A program made the position numbers and the translations under genes. Below are positions 1-11,616 of a stretch of DNA of 64,000 nt, one piece after another (the first letter of the stretch is position 1; each line of letters opens with the position of its first letter). This stretch comes from Fistulifera solaris (taxonomy: Eukaryota), in NCBI GenBank assembly GCA_030295235.1, contig AP026137.1:868001-932000 (forward strand), in the 5' to 3' direction. Below the pieces are notes generated by a model. That model was given only the letters and a program-made list of their open reading frames with translations, made no database searches and had not been told where the DNA came from.

Positions 1-1096
1 TGGACACAGGGTGAGCATGCCAGTGAAACTTCCGAACCACAATACCTTTCGATGGATGGCGTGGCTTTTTATCGTTGATGAGACTTTCATTGGCAAGCTG
101 AGCCTCATAGCGAGCCATATTGTCGTTGTACTCTTCGACACGAGGAATCAAATCAACTAAAACCTGAATTGATCCCCGCATGTGTCCACACGCTATGTCT
201 CTTTTGTTCGGTGCTATTGCCAAAGTAGTGATTTTGTTACTGGAGCTAAGATTCCAGACAAACGGTGCGACCATGGTCGTTCCAGAATCTGTGGTTTTCT
301 CCATGAAAATAAGGAGCGACGAAGAAAAGCCAATTACGACGACGGAGCAGTAAGGTCCATCAAGATTTGCATCATTCCCATCCTTTTCATAATTGCAGAC
401 GGACAAACCAAACGGATTCTCCGGATTTTCTTCCGAAAACCTTGATACGTTCGATTCCAAACAGATGATGCTCGAGGAATCCAGCTTTTTCTTTTTATTT
501 TTGCCTAGTTTCAACTGCAGCATGAACCGATAGGCACTCATAACGTTATCTCCTTTTGCGATGGCATAAACAGCCACGTGATCCTTGCGACAATAACCAA
601 ATTGCATGTGATGGACCACACCCTCCTTCTTATTCAATTGAAAGACCTGCTGAGGTCGATAGCAGTCTCCCGGAATCCAATACGGACCACAATTCTGCAT
701 TTTCGCACCTTTATTTCTCAAGACGTCAAGAGATAGAGTCCGGAGAGACCCATCGTTGCAAGCGAGCACAAGAATCTGGTGATCTCCCGCAGCTCCCGAC
801 GCCACCAGATCTTTTACATTGACGGTTTGTTGGGTGGATCCAAGAGTGACAGCGGTGATTTCAACGGGCACACGTTCCGTATCCAAAGACGGTAAAATAG
901 TCGCAATTCGTTTTCCTGTTTTGTACGCCAGAACACTGATGAATCGAGGATTGGGAAGAACAACGAAACGTTCGGACTTGCTTTCCTGAGGATCGGTAAT
1001 CAACGGAGCAAACGTGCGCCAGGCCTCGAGCGGACTTGACTCATCGATCTCGGTCTTTGTACCTAGTAGAGGGGCACCGACAAGTATTCTCTTCAT
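1..1096 (-). CDS. WDR75: WD40 repeat protein, WDR75/UTP17 (NAN1)-like; 5' part only, runs off the window edge
   Basis: Not in the ORF track, consistent with no stop inside the window. ATG at 1096 gives MKRILVGAPLLG...FVVLPNPRFISVLAYKTGKRIATIL... and is in frame with IVVRKFHWHAHPVS at the edge; the HWH motif is typical of WDR75/UTP17. Confidence 0.65.
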   Translation of the reverse strand, partial: MKRILVGAPLLGTKTEIDESSPLEAWRTFAPLITDPQESKSERFVVLPNPRFISVLAYKTGKRIATILPSLDTERVPVEITAVTLGSTQQTVNVKDLVASGAAGDHQILVLACNDGSLRTLSLDVLRNKGAKMQNCGPYWIPGDCYRPQQVFQLNKKEGVVHHMQFGYCRKDHVAVYAIAKGDNVMSAYRFMLQLKLGKNKKKKLDSSSIICLESNVSRFSEENPENPFGLSVCNYEKDGNDANLDGPYCSVVVIGFSSSLLIFMEKTTDSGTTMVAPFVWNLSSSNKITTLAIAPNKRDIACGHMRGSIQVLVDLIPRVEEYNDNMARYEAQLANESLINDKKPRHPSKGIVVRKFHWHAHPVS

Positions 1097-1264
1097 TTTC
1101 AATCAATCCTCTTGAAAGCTTAAGCTGGATGCAGCTACAAAGAATGATTGGAATAATGCAGCTTTTTTCTTTCAGTTTTTTTGATGGTAGCCAAGGGCAA
1201 AGCGAGCGAAGGCCAGACGCCATCAAACCGGACTGAAAATCTTTTTAGTCGTCGGAAAATTGTC

Positions 1265-1881
1265 ACGCCTAAACACTTCACAAGGCTTTTCGACGTAAAA
1301 ATAGGATGGCGTTTAATGGAAACGCTTGTAAAAGACTATTCCATTGCAACTATGTCAAGTGTAGCTCAAAACTTGTTGAACGAACGAATAATTGTAGGTA
1401 GCATTATCGCTCGAAAGATTTTTTAATGAGAAAATGCATGCAGTCGTGGTTGCCTTAAACTAACACTCTAGTCCATAGTAAATCCGAAAGCTTGCATTTT
1501 GCAAGGCTCTTCGACGTAAACATATGATAGCGTGTAACGAAACGCTGCTAAAGACTATTTTCATTTCAACGACAACAAACGGAGCTCAAGAACATTATTT
1601 GCTGAACGAACGAATTGTATATAGGAAGCAAGAATATTGATTCATGACTGAAGTGCAGTCGTGGCGAAAATACGGAAAACACAGTGCTCCATTTTCTAGT
1701 AGATACGGAGTAATACGGAAGACAATGTTTTGCAAGGCTATTCGACGTAAAATATAAGGACGTGAAATGCAAACACTGCTAAAATCTATTTCGTTGCCAC
1801 AACGATGAATAGGGCTCAAATCATTTTTGCTTAACGAACGAGTTGTAGGAAGCATAGTCGCTCGAGAGTCTTTTCATGACT
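1265..1881. repeat. Family B degenerate tandem repeat, ~3 units of ~220-230 bp
   Basis: CAAGGCTnTTCGACGTAAA recurs at ~1281, ~1502 and ~1733, each followed by AAACnCT...CTATT...GCTCAA...AACGAACGA blocks. Confidence 0.85.
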
Positions 1882-1931
1882 CGTGGATACTGACAAACTA
1901 ATACTCTGGGGTAGGCAACAAGTCATCTCTT

Positions 1932-3662
1932 TTATGCTTCGTGATTTCCGTCAGCATTGTGGTCCATCACGGAGCCTTCTACAACACGAAATTCATGAAA
2001 AGTGGCAAAGCCGCCTTTCTGATCTTCGGGACAGCAAGCAAAGACGCCGGCAGCAAACTTATCAGCGGAAACACGCAAATTTGCAATGCGTATAAAATCG
2101 AACTTGATCCCCATTTTGGCCTCAACAACAAAACTCGTCCCGCGGCAGTGAACACGCATTTCCACGTCTTGTACCAATATCGTGTCAGGCGTGAGATGTC
2201 GAAAGCTTTCCCAATGTTGAGTCGACCAGTCGCTGAATTCATTCGTCACGACACACGAAAGACGCGGTGTCCCATCCACAACTTCAATCCCTGTTTTAAT
2301 CCAGTGTTCTGGATCACATCGGATGAAAATGCCAGCTTGATCAAACTGAGCGGCCGCTACGAGATCAAATTTTGCCTCTACTGTGTAATGTTGATCGGCA
2401 TTCAAGCCCGCGTACTCCAACACAGCTCCGTCGTCTTTCAGAAGCACGGGTTCGTAATATGTCTTTCTCCAGTAGTCTTTCTTGGCGGCGGGATATATAA
2501 TCAGTTTGTTGTCCTCCACACGCCACGATCCATCGCACCCTTCGCGATCCGTTGTAGGTGACCACGAATCGGGAGCGCACCGCCAATGCAATCGCCCCAA
2601 GGGTCGCTGGATTGGATCATAGATATCTTGGAGTCCCGAAATGACAACGACCGGGTCGTTGGCTTGCTGCAGGGAAAAAGTAGTTTGAATCATTTGTTCA
2701 AGTGTTTGCAACGGACGCGACGGTAAAATTTGCATAAGTTGCGCAGAATCCATGGAAATGTCCAAGGGGCTAGGAACTTCTGTTGCCCGTGGTTGACACT
2801 GCGCTTTCAAAGCTGCTTGCAGAAACTCGGTGGGATCGTAGCCATGATGCGCAAAGACTGCTTGGGCCATCTCCATGCGGCTGTATGAATGCGGGCCGCC
2901 CATATTGAAAACGCCCGCAGATTTGGTATCGCTGCAAGTGAAATGCAAGATGATCTGTACTGCATCTTGGACTGCCAATACATTCCGTCGTTCATCCGTC
3001 CAGTACGTCGTTTGTTGTGGCGGTGGCCGACTTCGGACAAAGTGCAAAAACGTATCATGCGCCGGCACAAACGGCGCCAGAGGTCCCAAGAGAATGCTAC
3101 TCCTCAGTACAATGGCGGATTGGGCAAAGTACTGCTGACAAGTATCTTCCATGGCCCGCTTGGTAGCACCGTATACATTGACGGGCAGGGTCGGACTCGT
3201 TTCCCGATACGGTGGATCAGTCCCCTCGTACACTTGATCCGTGGAAAGCGCCACAAGTCGTAACGACGGATTGTGCTGTTGAAAAGCTCGAAAGAAAGTG
3301 GTTGGGTTGTTGACTGCCATGGCGAGTGAAGGGTTTTCTTGACAAACTTTCGGAGAAGCCATGGCGGCTGTGTGAATACAAACATCCCAGCGGTGTGACG
3401 ATGCATTCAAAAACTGATTCACGGCGTCTTCGTCTGTGAAGTCTAATGCTTGACATTGTACCGAACAAATGGATGTGCGAGAAGACATGAAGGATTCTAT
3501 GGCTTCCGACAAACCAGAAGAGCGATGGTATAAAGCCCCGACAAAGAACGAGTCATATTCTTCGTTCGAGCTTGTCGTCAACAGTGCATGAAGAATGTGT
3601 TGACCCAAATAACCGCTTGCCCCCGTGAGTAGAATATTCAACGACTTTGACTGTTGTGACAT
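1932..3662 (-). CDS. RmlD/MAT2B-like extended SDR fused to a C-terminal DUF1349 (Ree1-like, ConA-fold) domain
   Basis: LLTGASGYLG Rossmann motif, STDQVY and YGATK in the N-half; KDYWRKTYY, FDQAGI, WIKTGIE and SDWST (DUF1349) in the C-half; single 576-aa ORF. Confidence 0.8.
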   Translation of the reverse strand: MSQQSKSLNILLTGASGYLGQHILHALLTTSSNEEYDSFFVGALYHRSSGLSEAIESFMSSRTSICSVQCQALDFTDEDAVNQFLNASSHRWDVCIHTAAMASPKVCQENPSLAMAVNNPTTFFRAFQQHNPSLRLVALSTDQVYEGTDPPYRETSPTLPVNVYGATKRAMEDTCQQYFAQSAIVLRSSILLGPLAPFVPAHDTFLHFVRSRPPPQQTTYWTDERRNVLAVQDAVQIILHFTCSDTKSAGVFNMGGPHSYSRMEMAQAVFAHHGYDPTEFLQAALKAQCQPRATEVPSPLDISMDSAQLMQILPSRPLQTLEQMIQTTFSLQQANDPVVVISGLQDIYDPIQRPLGRLHWRCAPDSWSPTTDREGCDGSWRVEDNKLIIYPAAKKDYWRKTYYEPVLLKDDGAVLEYAGLNADQHYTVEAKFDLVAAAQFDQAGIFIRCDPEHWIKTGIEVVDGTPRLSCVVTNEFSDWSTQHWESFRHLTPDTILVQDVEMRVHCRGTSFVVEAKMGIKFDFIRIANLRVSADKFAAGVFACCPEDQKGGFATFHEFRVVEGSVMDHNADGNHEA

Positions 3663-3764
3663 GGTTGATCGTATGAATTAGTTACAAGAATAAGAAGAAC
3701 GCAAGCAATAATGATTGTCATCATCGTTTATTTGCGAGGAAAGAGGCAAAATGCTTCGAAAATA

Positions 3765-4680
3765 TAGGTCCACGTACATGCCACGTTGGCCTCGTAGGAA
3801 ATTTATCGACAGAGGGGGTACCCGGATATTGTGTTACTTGACATCGTCCTTTTATCGGCTATGTTTGACTGCAATGCCATAATATAATGAGCCAACATCG
3901 AATATGCGCAATTATAAACGATACTCACATATTCGAAATTGAAACGTAGAAATTAACGAAGATACAACAAACCGAATGTCTACGTCAAATTCACGTAGAC
4001 CCCGTAGGAATTTTATCTATGTAGGTAGCAACTGGAAGGTATCGTCTTAGATTTCAATGATTCTCAGGCCCGACAGCAGCAAATTGCATCAAACTTTTTC
4101 TCAACAGATGTGTATACAGACCATTAAGCAATATTCGACCTCAATCGGAACACCGAACATGAAAAACAACAACAGATGCAATGCTCCGAAGGGCTACGTG
4201 AATGTCACGTAGGCCCCGTAAGGAAGTTTATCGACAGAGGGGGTACCCGGATATTGAGCATTTCGACATCGTCCTTTTATCGGCTATGTTTGATTGCAAT
4301 GCCAAACCATGATGAGCCACATCAGTAATTCGTAATTATAAATGATCTTTACAATAAATTCGAAATCGAAACGTAGAAATTAGCGAAGATACAACACACC
4401 GAATGTCTACTTCAAATTCACGTAGACCCCGTAGGAATTTTATCTATGTAGGTAGCAACTGGAAGGTATCGTACCATATCTCAATGGTTCACGGGCCCGA
4501 CAGCAGCAAATTGCATCTCATCATTTCTTAAAAGACGTGTATACCGACCGTAAGCATGAATCGACCTCAATTGGAACACCGAACATAAAAAATCAACAAC
4601 AGATGCAATGCTTCGGATGTCTACGTGGATTTCACGTAGGCCCCCGTAGGGAAGTTTATCGACAGAGGGGGTACCCGGAG
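3765..4680 (+). repeat. Family A array: 5 conserved cores, ~210-216 bp period, subtypes 1-2-1-2-1
   Basis: Core TCTACGT-N6/7-ACGTAG..CGTAGGRAATTTATC..AGGG..ACCCGGA; TTTATC anchors at ~3802, 4012, 4227, 4439, 4655. Confidence 0.9.
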
Positions 4681-4742
4681 TTGGTTCTACCAGGTACAGT
4701 ACATTATTTTCGCTTTGATCACAAACCACAAACCATAAACCC

Positions 4743-5330
4743 ACAGTTGAGACAATGCATGATATTGATGAAACTAGAGGTGATATCTCCGTGTATGAAT
4801 TTTGGAAAAGACGTCGTCTCACCATGTTTGATGTATCTATCGTTGACACTGAGGCTGATTCCTATGTTACCACTGACCCTAAAATTCTTTTAGCAAGACG
4901 CGAAAAAGAGAAATTCGACAAACATGGCCCCAAATGTGAAGCCCAACGTATTGATTTCACCCCGTTGGTCTTTTCGGCAGATGGATTGATTGGAAAGCAG
5001 GCTAATCTTGCGATCAAAAAGCTTGCTGGGAAATTAGCACTAAAATGGGACAAACAGTATTCTGTTGTATGTGGCTATGTCCGCTCTCGATTGAGCATTT
5101 CCTTAGTCCGTTCCGTTTCTATGCTGTTGCGCAGCCCGCGTAGTGGTTTGCCCCTTAGCTCTCATCCGCTTTGGTTAGATGGTGCTGGTCTGTCTATCTA
5201 CTAACCTTATCCTCAATGGTGCTCCTTCGCGATCTACCGTTTCCCTTCTGAGCGTACCAGATACGTCGTACAACTGATCCTCGTGTTAGACAAGCATAGT
5301 AGAGAAAGTAATACTATAAAGGACAAGTTT

Positions 5331-5365
<35 letters not shown>
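4743..5365 (+). mobile_element. 5'-truncated non-LTR retrotransposon, CRE-clade-like: C-terminal restriction-like endonuclease domain, 3' UTR and poly(A)
   Basis: ORF 4755-5204 reads RGD..FW..FDVSIVD..SY..EKEKFDKH..C..FTPLVFSADG..KW..YSVVCGYVRSR; 34-nt poly(A) at 5332-5365; direct repeat ATAAACCC at 4735-4742 and 5365-5372 (TSD). Confidence 0.85.
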
Positions 5366-5367
<2 letters not shown>

Positions 5368-5480
5368 AACCCCTCCATCTCCATTCATTCAACGCATTCG
5401 CGACCTTGCGACAGTAATTTTTGTATAAATTCAAACATTTGAAGTCTTATCTGCGAACGTAAAAGGCACCGATATCAATC

Positions 5481-5942
5481 ATGAGATGCCCTATGGCATT
5501 GTTGTTGGAAATGGCCTTGGCACTCCAGCGCGAGCGTACTACTTGGTACATTGATGGACACAATCTACTCGGTCACAAAGGAACACCGCGCTCCGTAGAG
5601 GCTTTAATTCAAGCTCTCGAGCCAATACAAGGCGTAGAAAAGATAGCGCTCATTTTGGATTCGAAATTAGAAACAGACCCTCTCATTCAGATACAACCGT
5701 GTGACAACAACGTTGTACTCGAAACCGTCACGCTATCACGCGACATTTCCGCGGATGATTACATTCGCCAACAAATCCATGAAGCACTTCCTCATACTCG
5801 GATCCAAGTCGTTACGGCCGATCGTGATCTGCGACGACAAGTTTTGCAAACGAAACCGGTAGTAAGAGGAGTTGTCAATCCGGTAACCTTTTGGAGGCGA
5901 TATTTACCGCGTCTTTGCGGATACAAGAAACCAAAACAATGA
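5481..5942 (+). CDS. YacP/Rae1-like NYN (PIN-fold) domain protein
   Basis: IDGHNL, ADDYI and VVTADRDL acidic motifs typical of NYN_YacP. Confidence 0.75.
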   Translation: MRCPMALLLEMALALQRERTTWYIDGHNLLGHKGTPRSVEALIQALEPIQGVEKIALILDSKLETDPLIQIQPCDNNVVLETVTLSRDISADDYIRQQIHEALPHTRIQVVTADRDLRRQVLQTKPVVRGVVNPVTFWRRYLPRLCGYKKPKQ

Positions 5943-6049
5943 TGATTAATCTAAATTGTGAACAAGATATGTTATTTTGAATAGCAATTCATGATGTAGC
6001 AACTCTACCAATGTTTCTAAAGTCTAGACTATTAGAATGCAGTTTGAAT

Positions 6050-6430
6050 TTCGCTCTTATTAGCCATCTGAGGTGAAAGCACAAAGTGACACAACAACGC
6101 CAGGGCGCTCATAGAGACGTAAAGGATAGCTGTACATGCGACGGGAAAAGTTTTCACAATAATATTGTGGATGAAACTCATTATTCATAGTAATAGGAGA
6201 TCTATCTCATGACTGAAATCCACAACCATAGTAAAGACCCAAGGTGCAATCCAGGGATATTCGACGACAAATGCATGATCTGTAATTTGAGGGAGTATTC
6301 ATGACAAACGTATGTATAACTCAACACATCTATGGGGTAAGTTATATTTCGCGGATAAGACAAACGCGAAAGCGAGCCTTTTTCAACAAGGGTTTATCTC
6401 ATGACTGAAGTCCAGTCTTGACGAAATACG
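6050..6430. repeat. Degenerate family B copies
   Basis: TATCTCATGACTGAA at ~6203 and ~6395; CATAGTAAA and TTCGACG blocks shared with the 1.3-1.9 kb array. Confidence 0.55.
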
Positions 6431-6778
6431 CAGACACATCATTGGTCGATAGTAGAGATTGCTGGATACCGCTAAGATGTCGCGTACTTGCTCCCTTTAC
6501 ATAAAACACTAGAGTTCGTATTTTAGTATCAAGTACCTAGAGTAGTATTGTGTTCAGTTTCGTGTCTTTCCTTGTTTTCCATTATCTGCAACATTAACGA
6601 CGAAAAAATCAGCATCATCAACAGAGAGCACAATGGGATTGAAATATTTTTGGTACCTGGTAATCCAATCGTTCCCCTCTATTCATTCAAGTAGTTTTAG
6701 AATAACATATGGCTCTCTGAGCTTTCTTTAACTGATATTCGCATGGTTTAATCTTCAATCTAATTTCACAATTAACAA

Positions 6779-7726
6779 ATGAATCAAGACGAGAATCCGT
6801 ACGATGTGTTGGGCGTATCCGCCAACGCCACCGAAGCTGACATTAAATCAGCTTACCGCAAAGCGGCGCTGCGCTATCACCCAGACAAACAAACGAACGA
6901 ACAAGATCGTCAGACTGCAACGGAAAAATTCGCAAAGCTGTCGAATGCTTACGAAATACTTTCAAATCCAGAGTTGAAGCGACAATTCGACATTGAGCAG
7001 CAATACAGTCAATACGATCATCGCACTTTTCACGAACCGTTTCCGCCGGAGGCATTTCCATGATCCGTTTCAGGTTTTCGAGCAAGTCTTTCGCGAAGAA
7101 TTTGGTCGATCCAGTCGTTCAGCTCCTCGTGGATCTGGAATGAGAGATTCTTTCTTTTCTCCGGATCCAATGTTCACACGAGGGAGTTTGTTCGACGATC
7201 CTTTCTTTTCGTCACGAAGTCAATCGCGAGGTGCACAGCGCGCCGGAGATTCCTCTTCGTTCTTCGATAATGATCCTTTCTTCGGCGCGAGCCCTTTGCC
7301 GGCTTTTTCGGAGGTCGAGATCCGTTTTCCGAGATGCGTCGTATGCACGAATCTTTTCACGATGGAACGATCGACCGCAATCAAGCCAACAACGGCAACC
7401 AATCCGATGGCTACATTACATCGACTTCAACTTTCACTCGCATGATTAATGGGAAACAGCAAACAGTGACGGAACGGATTGTGCGAAAACGAGATGGTAC
7501 GATTGTCGAGCATCACAAGGAGACGACGGGTGACGGTGATTTCCCAGAAACTGCAGCACTGCCTTTTTCTAACAATGGTAACAACAAACAGCTCGAACAA
7601 CATCCATCAAACCAAAACAATGCGTCCGATTGTAAGAATGAGTTGCAGCGACAAGTTACGAAGAATACCTTGCAACGTAATTCGTCGAAAACTCCCAAAG
7701 AAGGTCGTCGAGGCTGGTTCTGGTGA
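6779..7726 (+). CDS. DnaJ/Hsp40 co-chaperone (J domain plus G/F-rich region); two apparent frameshifts
   Basis: NPYDVLGV...YHPDK...AYEILS J domain; F/D/P-rich linker; SxSTFTRMINGKQQTVTE C-terminal segment; spread over three overlapping ORFs. Confidence 0.85.
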
Positions 7727-7828
7727 ACGCATCATGAATCATGAAGTAGGTTTTTTATTCACATTTAGGATTTAGATAATTGTATAGCAATGTAGATAGT
7801 TAGCGTTGATTCTTCTACGATATCTATG

Positions 7829-8776
7829 TTAGATACTGACCTGGTCACCTACAGCTTGTGTAATTTTGGAAAGCTGCGACAACATGGCCGGCGGCCAAGC
7901 AATCGTCCCCGTCAAATATTGTTGGTCAACATATTTGAGTCGTTGTCGATCGGAGATCTCCAGAAACTTTTGTTGCGCTTCTACCATCTTTCCCGTACCC
8001 GCCAAGAAGACCGCCGACGCGGCTTTGACTTCGGTGCATCCGGGAAGCGATTTTCAATACGCTTCAACAAATCATATCCTTGCTGCTTCTCATTTAATTG
8101 AAATTTAACCATCGCTGCCCGTAACCAATAAGGACTCACTTGATTGCCCGTCATACGAATGGCAACATCATAATTTCGATCCGCCTCTTCGTACAGACCA
8201 TTAAGTTCACACGCTCGCGCCAAATTTTGCAATACGATATCATCCGGACGACCCCGTAAAGTAGCTGCCAATCTCAAATCGGCTAACGCCTCAGCCGGTC
8301 GATTGGTGTTGAGCCGAATGGTCCCTCGATTGAGATACAGGACGTACTGATCGCTACAATCGACTTGTGTACACAAATCGATCGACTTTGTGTAAGAGAC
8401 TTCCGCCGCTGCCAAATCCCCAAACGCGGTTTGTGTATTACCGAGCGAACTCCAACCGTAGACAAAGTTGGGCGCCATTTGTGTGACTTTCCCGTACAAA
8501 CGTTGTGCGGCCATTAAATTGCCTTGCAATTCCAACGCACGGCCTTCTCCAAATATCTTTTCGCGTCTCCGGTGAGTTGTACAAGAATGCTAGAGTTTAT
8601 TTCTTCGGCTGGCGCGAGTTGCGGAGCTGCACACACGGGGATCGTCACGAACGCCGACGCCAGCATCTCTCTTCGCGACAGCGCCAACGATTGTGGTAGG
8701 GAAGTTGCCACGCGCGAGCGGTGGCGAGCACGAGTGCTGCAGTCAGTATTGAGCGTGATAAGACATTACATTTCAT
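7829..8776 (-). CDS. TPR-repeat protein, probably plastid-targeted and possibly thylakoid-lumenal; frameshifted
   Basis: ATG at 8776 gives MKCNVLSRSILTAALVLATARA-W; SRREML twin-arginine-like motif; TPR helices (WSSLGN..GDLAAAEVSYTKSI, YLNRG). Confidence 0.7.
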
Positions 8777-8894
8777 TTTAGAAAATGTTAGACTATTAAA
8801 AGTTTATTAATCAATCTCCTTTGGCTTATCATAAATTTTGTTTTTGTTATAGCCTACAAAGTATAGTGAGGCCTAGTCATCATCGCCAAGGAAA

Positions 8895-9335
8895 ATTGCT
8901 TCGGTGGCGTTTCAAGTGACTGAAATTTAGTCGCGATCGCGTAGAACCAACACTTTACCCTATAGTGAAAATGGCAGACGACAATACGGATGCTTTTCGA
9001 CGCAAATAGTTGCCTTTCCAATGAAGATGATAGTTTTAATAAATCGTATATTGGTATTTCCATGGCATTGGATTATACACTCCGCGCTTTCTGTTTGTGG
9101 ACAACTTTGGTGCTCTCATTGCTTCGGTGGAATTTCGAGTGACTGAAATTTAGTCGCGATCGCGTAGAACCAACACTTTACCCTATAGTGAAAATGGCAG
9201 ACGACAATACGGATGCTTTTCGACGCAAATAGTTGCGTTTCCAATGAAGATGATAGTTTTAATAAATCGTATATTGGTATTTCCATGGCATTTGATTATA
9301 CTCTTCGCGCTTTTGCTTGTGGACAACTTTGGTGC
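8895..9335. repeat. Family B-related near-perfect direct repeat, 2 x ~223 bp
   Basis: GACTGAAATTTAGTCGCGATCGCGTAGAACCAACACTTTACC at 8918 and 9141. Confidence 0.95.
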
Positions 9336-9663
9336 ATGAAATGTCATCGCATGCATCGCAAAATGCGAACGGACGGATGACTGACCAGCCCGCTCTAGCT
9401 ATGGTCTATGGTGAAACGTTTGTTCTTATTCTAACTTACTTAACTTTTAACTTGATAGCAGCTATGGCCAAGATCCGCCGGGATGGATCTGGTTTCCTAT
9501 TATTACGCATCAATCAGATCCCAGATTCACAATTATTAATTCCCCTGATCAGCCTCTACTTACAATTCACCGCCTGTGAAAGTAACAGGAAAGGTGCGAT
9601 TGCAAGAGCAGGTGAGAATACAAGGCAACAAAGAATGTCGGATTTCTTTTGAATTGCGGTGCC

Positions 9664-10746
9664 TTACCATGACCTTATTACTTCGTCGACGCCAGGAACG
9701 CGACAGAAAAGACGAGCACCGCTGAATAGTGTAACATTCACTGGAAACTCAAAGCGCCTCGTCAGTTCTTCCATTTCCAGAGCGCACTTCGACTCGCATA
9801 CACCCTTCAATTTACTTATGGCTTCAAACATAAAAGGAGGAATTCTCTCGAGAAGTGAATCGAGCACGTCTTGTTGGTCATCGATATCAACATTCCTATC
9901 TAGAAGCATATCCTGAACTAGTGGTCGAACTTCTTGAATTCGCTTTCCGTTTGATTTCTTGAACACGAAATCAAGTGTTCGCGACACCGCATAGTGGGCT
10001 TCAAAGATTCTCAATTTGATGATAGCGAGTGCCACTATATGTGGCCCAGGTAAGTCCACATCGTCGATGTTGGGACACTCCTCAAAGATGTCCCGATATC
10101 GGCAGTTTTCCTCAACGTCGTAGATCCAGTCACCTTCACGAGAGTGCTTATGCTTTACCAGAATTTCATCCGGGTCTAGGTCGTCGTATTGTAAACAATA
10201 GCGGATGAAAGCGTAAGCGTCATCATCTCGGTTCAAATAAAGAAGGATGAATGGGACACGAAATTTCGTATTAAAACCATTCATTTCATCCAATCGCAAA
10301 AGCTCCAGGTAATGAAAGAGCGCCTTCTCCCAGACTTCTTTCACCTCACAGTCGTAGGCAGCCATCCAATACGATTTTGCCAGCTTGGCACAAGCTTTTA
10401 GATACTTTTCCGTCTCATCAAGCTCGCCGAATTCTCCGATACGTGTCTCAAATATATTTTCCGCCACTGCATTGTCTTGCCATGGATCAACAAAGGTTCG
10501 AAGCGGGATAGCCTCTGTGTCAACCCGGTTTCTCTCATCTTCGATTCGCTTGCACAGTTTGCGATGAAGTTGAAAGTGCTTTTTCTGGCATTCCGAACTG
10601 CAATACCAAGCTACTTGGCACCGCGAACAGCGCTGTAAGCTTGCGACGACAATTCGATTACCATAATGGCGACACGCAAAGCAATACGGCTCAGGTTTCA
10701 AGTTGTGATCCTTTCCGTCGTACAAGGGCGTATTTGAACGGTTCAT
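9664..10746 (-). CDS. MYND zinc-finger protein, cluster copy 1
   Basis: CFAC..CSRCQVAWYCSSECQKKH..H..C; NIFETRIG; LELLRLD; PFILLYLNRDDDA. Confidence 0.9.
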   Translation of the reverse strand: MNRSNTPLYDGKDHNLKPEPYCFACRHYGNRIVVASLQRCSRCQVAWYCSSECQKKHFQLHRKLCKRIEDERNRVDTEAIPLRTFVDPWQDNAVAENIFETRIGEFGELDETEKYLKACAKLAKSYWMAAYDCEVKEVWEKALFHYLELLRLDEMNGFNTKFRVPFILLYLNRDDDAYAFIRYCLQYDDLDPDEILVKHKHSREGDWIYDVEENCRYRDIFEECPNIDDVDLPGPHIVALAIIKLRIFEAHYAVSRTLDFVFKKSNGKRIQEVRPLVQDMLLDRNVDIDDQQDVLDSLLERIPPFMFEAISKLKGVCESKCALEMEELTRRFEFPVNVTLFSGARLFCRVPGVDEVIRSW

Positions 10747-11616
10747 TCGCTCGATAAATCTGATACCTTACCAATGGTATCTTTTCGAAGAAATCGCGGC
10801 CACAAAAAGGACACTGTAATAGATATGGTAAGTAAGAAGATTTCAGAGGACTCAAAAGGATGTTCTGAATCTGAAGGTCCTGCAGAACAAGATACCTGGT
10901 ATGCCGGATGTGAAAACATTTATTGTTTGTTTGCGATCTTCTTGTTGCGATCCTTTTATGTTTGGCGATCGACGCGATGATGATTATTTTGCACCGGATC
11001 CGACGACTTGTGGACGGCAGGTCACGAATAAACAGTCACGATAAAATAACAACAAACTACACGGAGTAAATTATACGGAATACGGAGTAGTACGGCCTGA
11101 GAGATGATAAGAAATGTTATTCATTCTTCCAATAGTTCAGCACAAATAAGAAAAAGGTTTCCTTATTGTGCCAGTATCTGCCAATCGACGAGGGCCAGCT
11201 TGATACTCTGTATTAGTTATCCCGACACGTGCATGTCTAGCAACAGTTCTCCAAAGCCTTTGCTGAATAGAGCCGTCAGCCATGAGGTTCCAAAAACGCA
11301 TGTTCTTTTGAAAAATCCTAACCAATTTGAATGCTGAGAGAACCCGTACTTGGATTTCTGATTAGACAGCTGTGCTTCATATCGAAGCGAAATCGAACAC
11401 GACGATGCGAGAAATGAAAGGGCACGTTCACAGCAAATACATACTGCGATAAAAATCAAGAGTAACACCATCGTCGTTGTTCGTCGTCTATTGATGCTTG
11501 TCCATTCAGTTGTTGCGAAGATTTATGTCTACTGCGAAACGGTTAGCAATCCAAGCCAGGGAGCCCCGAAGACCTAGCAATTAATTATCGTTAACAGCCA
11601 TTAGGGATGTTCCGAA

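Noticed and set aside
4721..4742. Interstitial telomere
   Set aside because: Only three imperfect 7-mers; too short to call.
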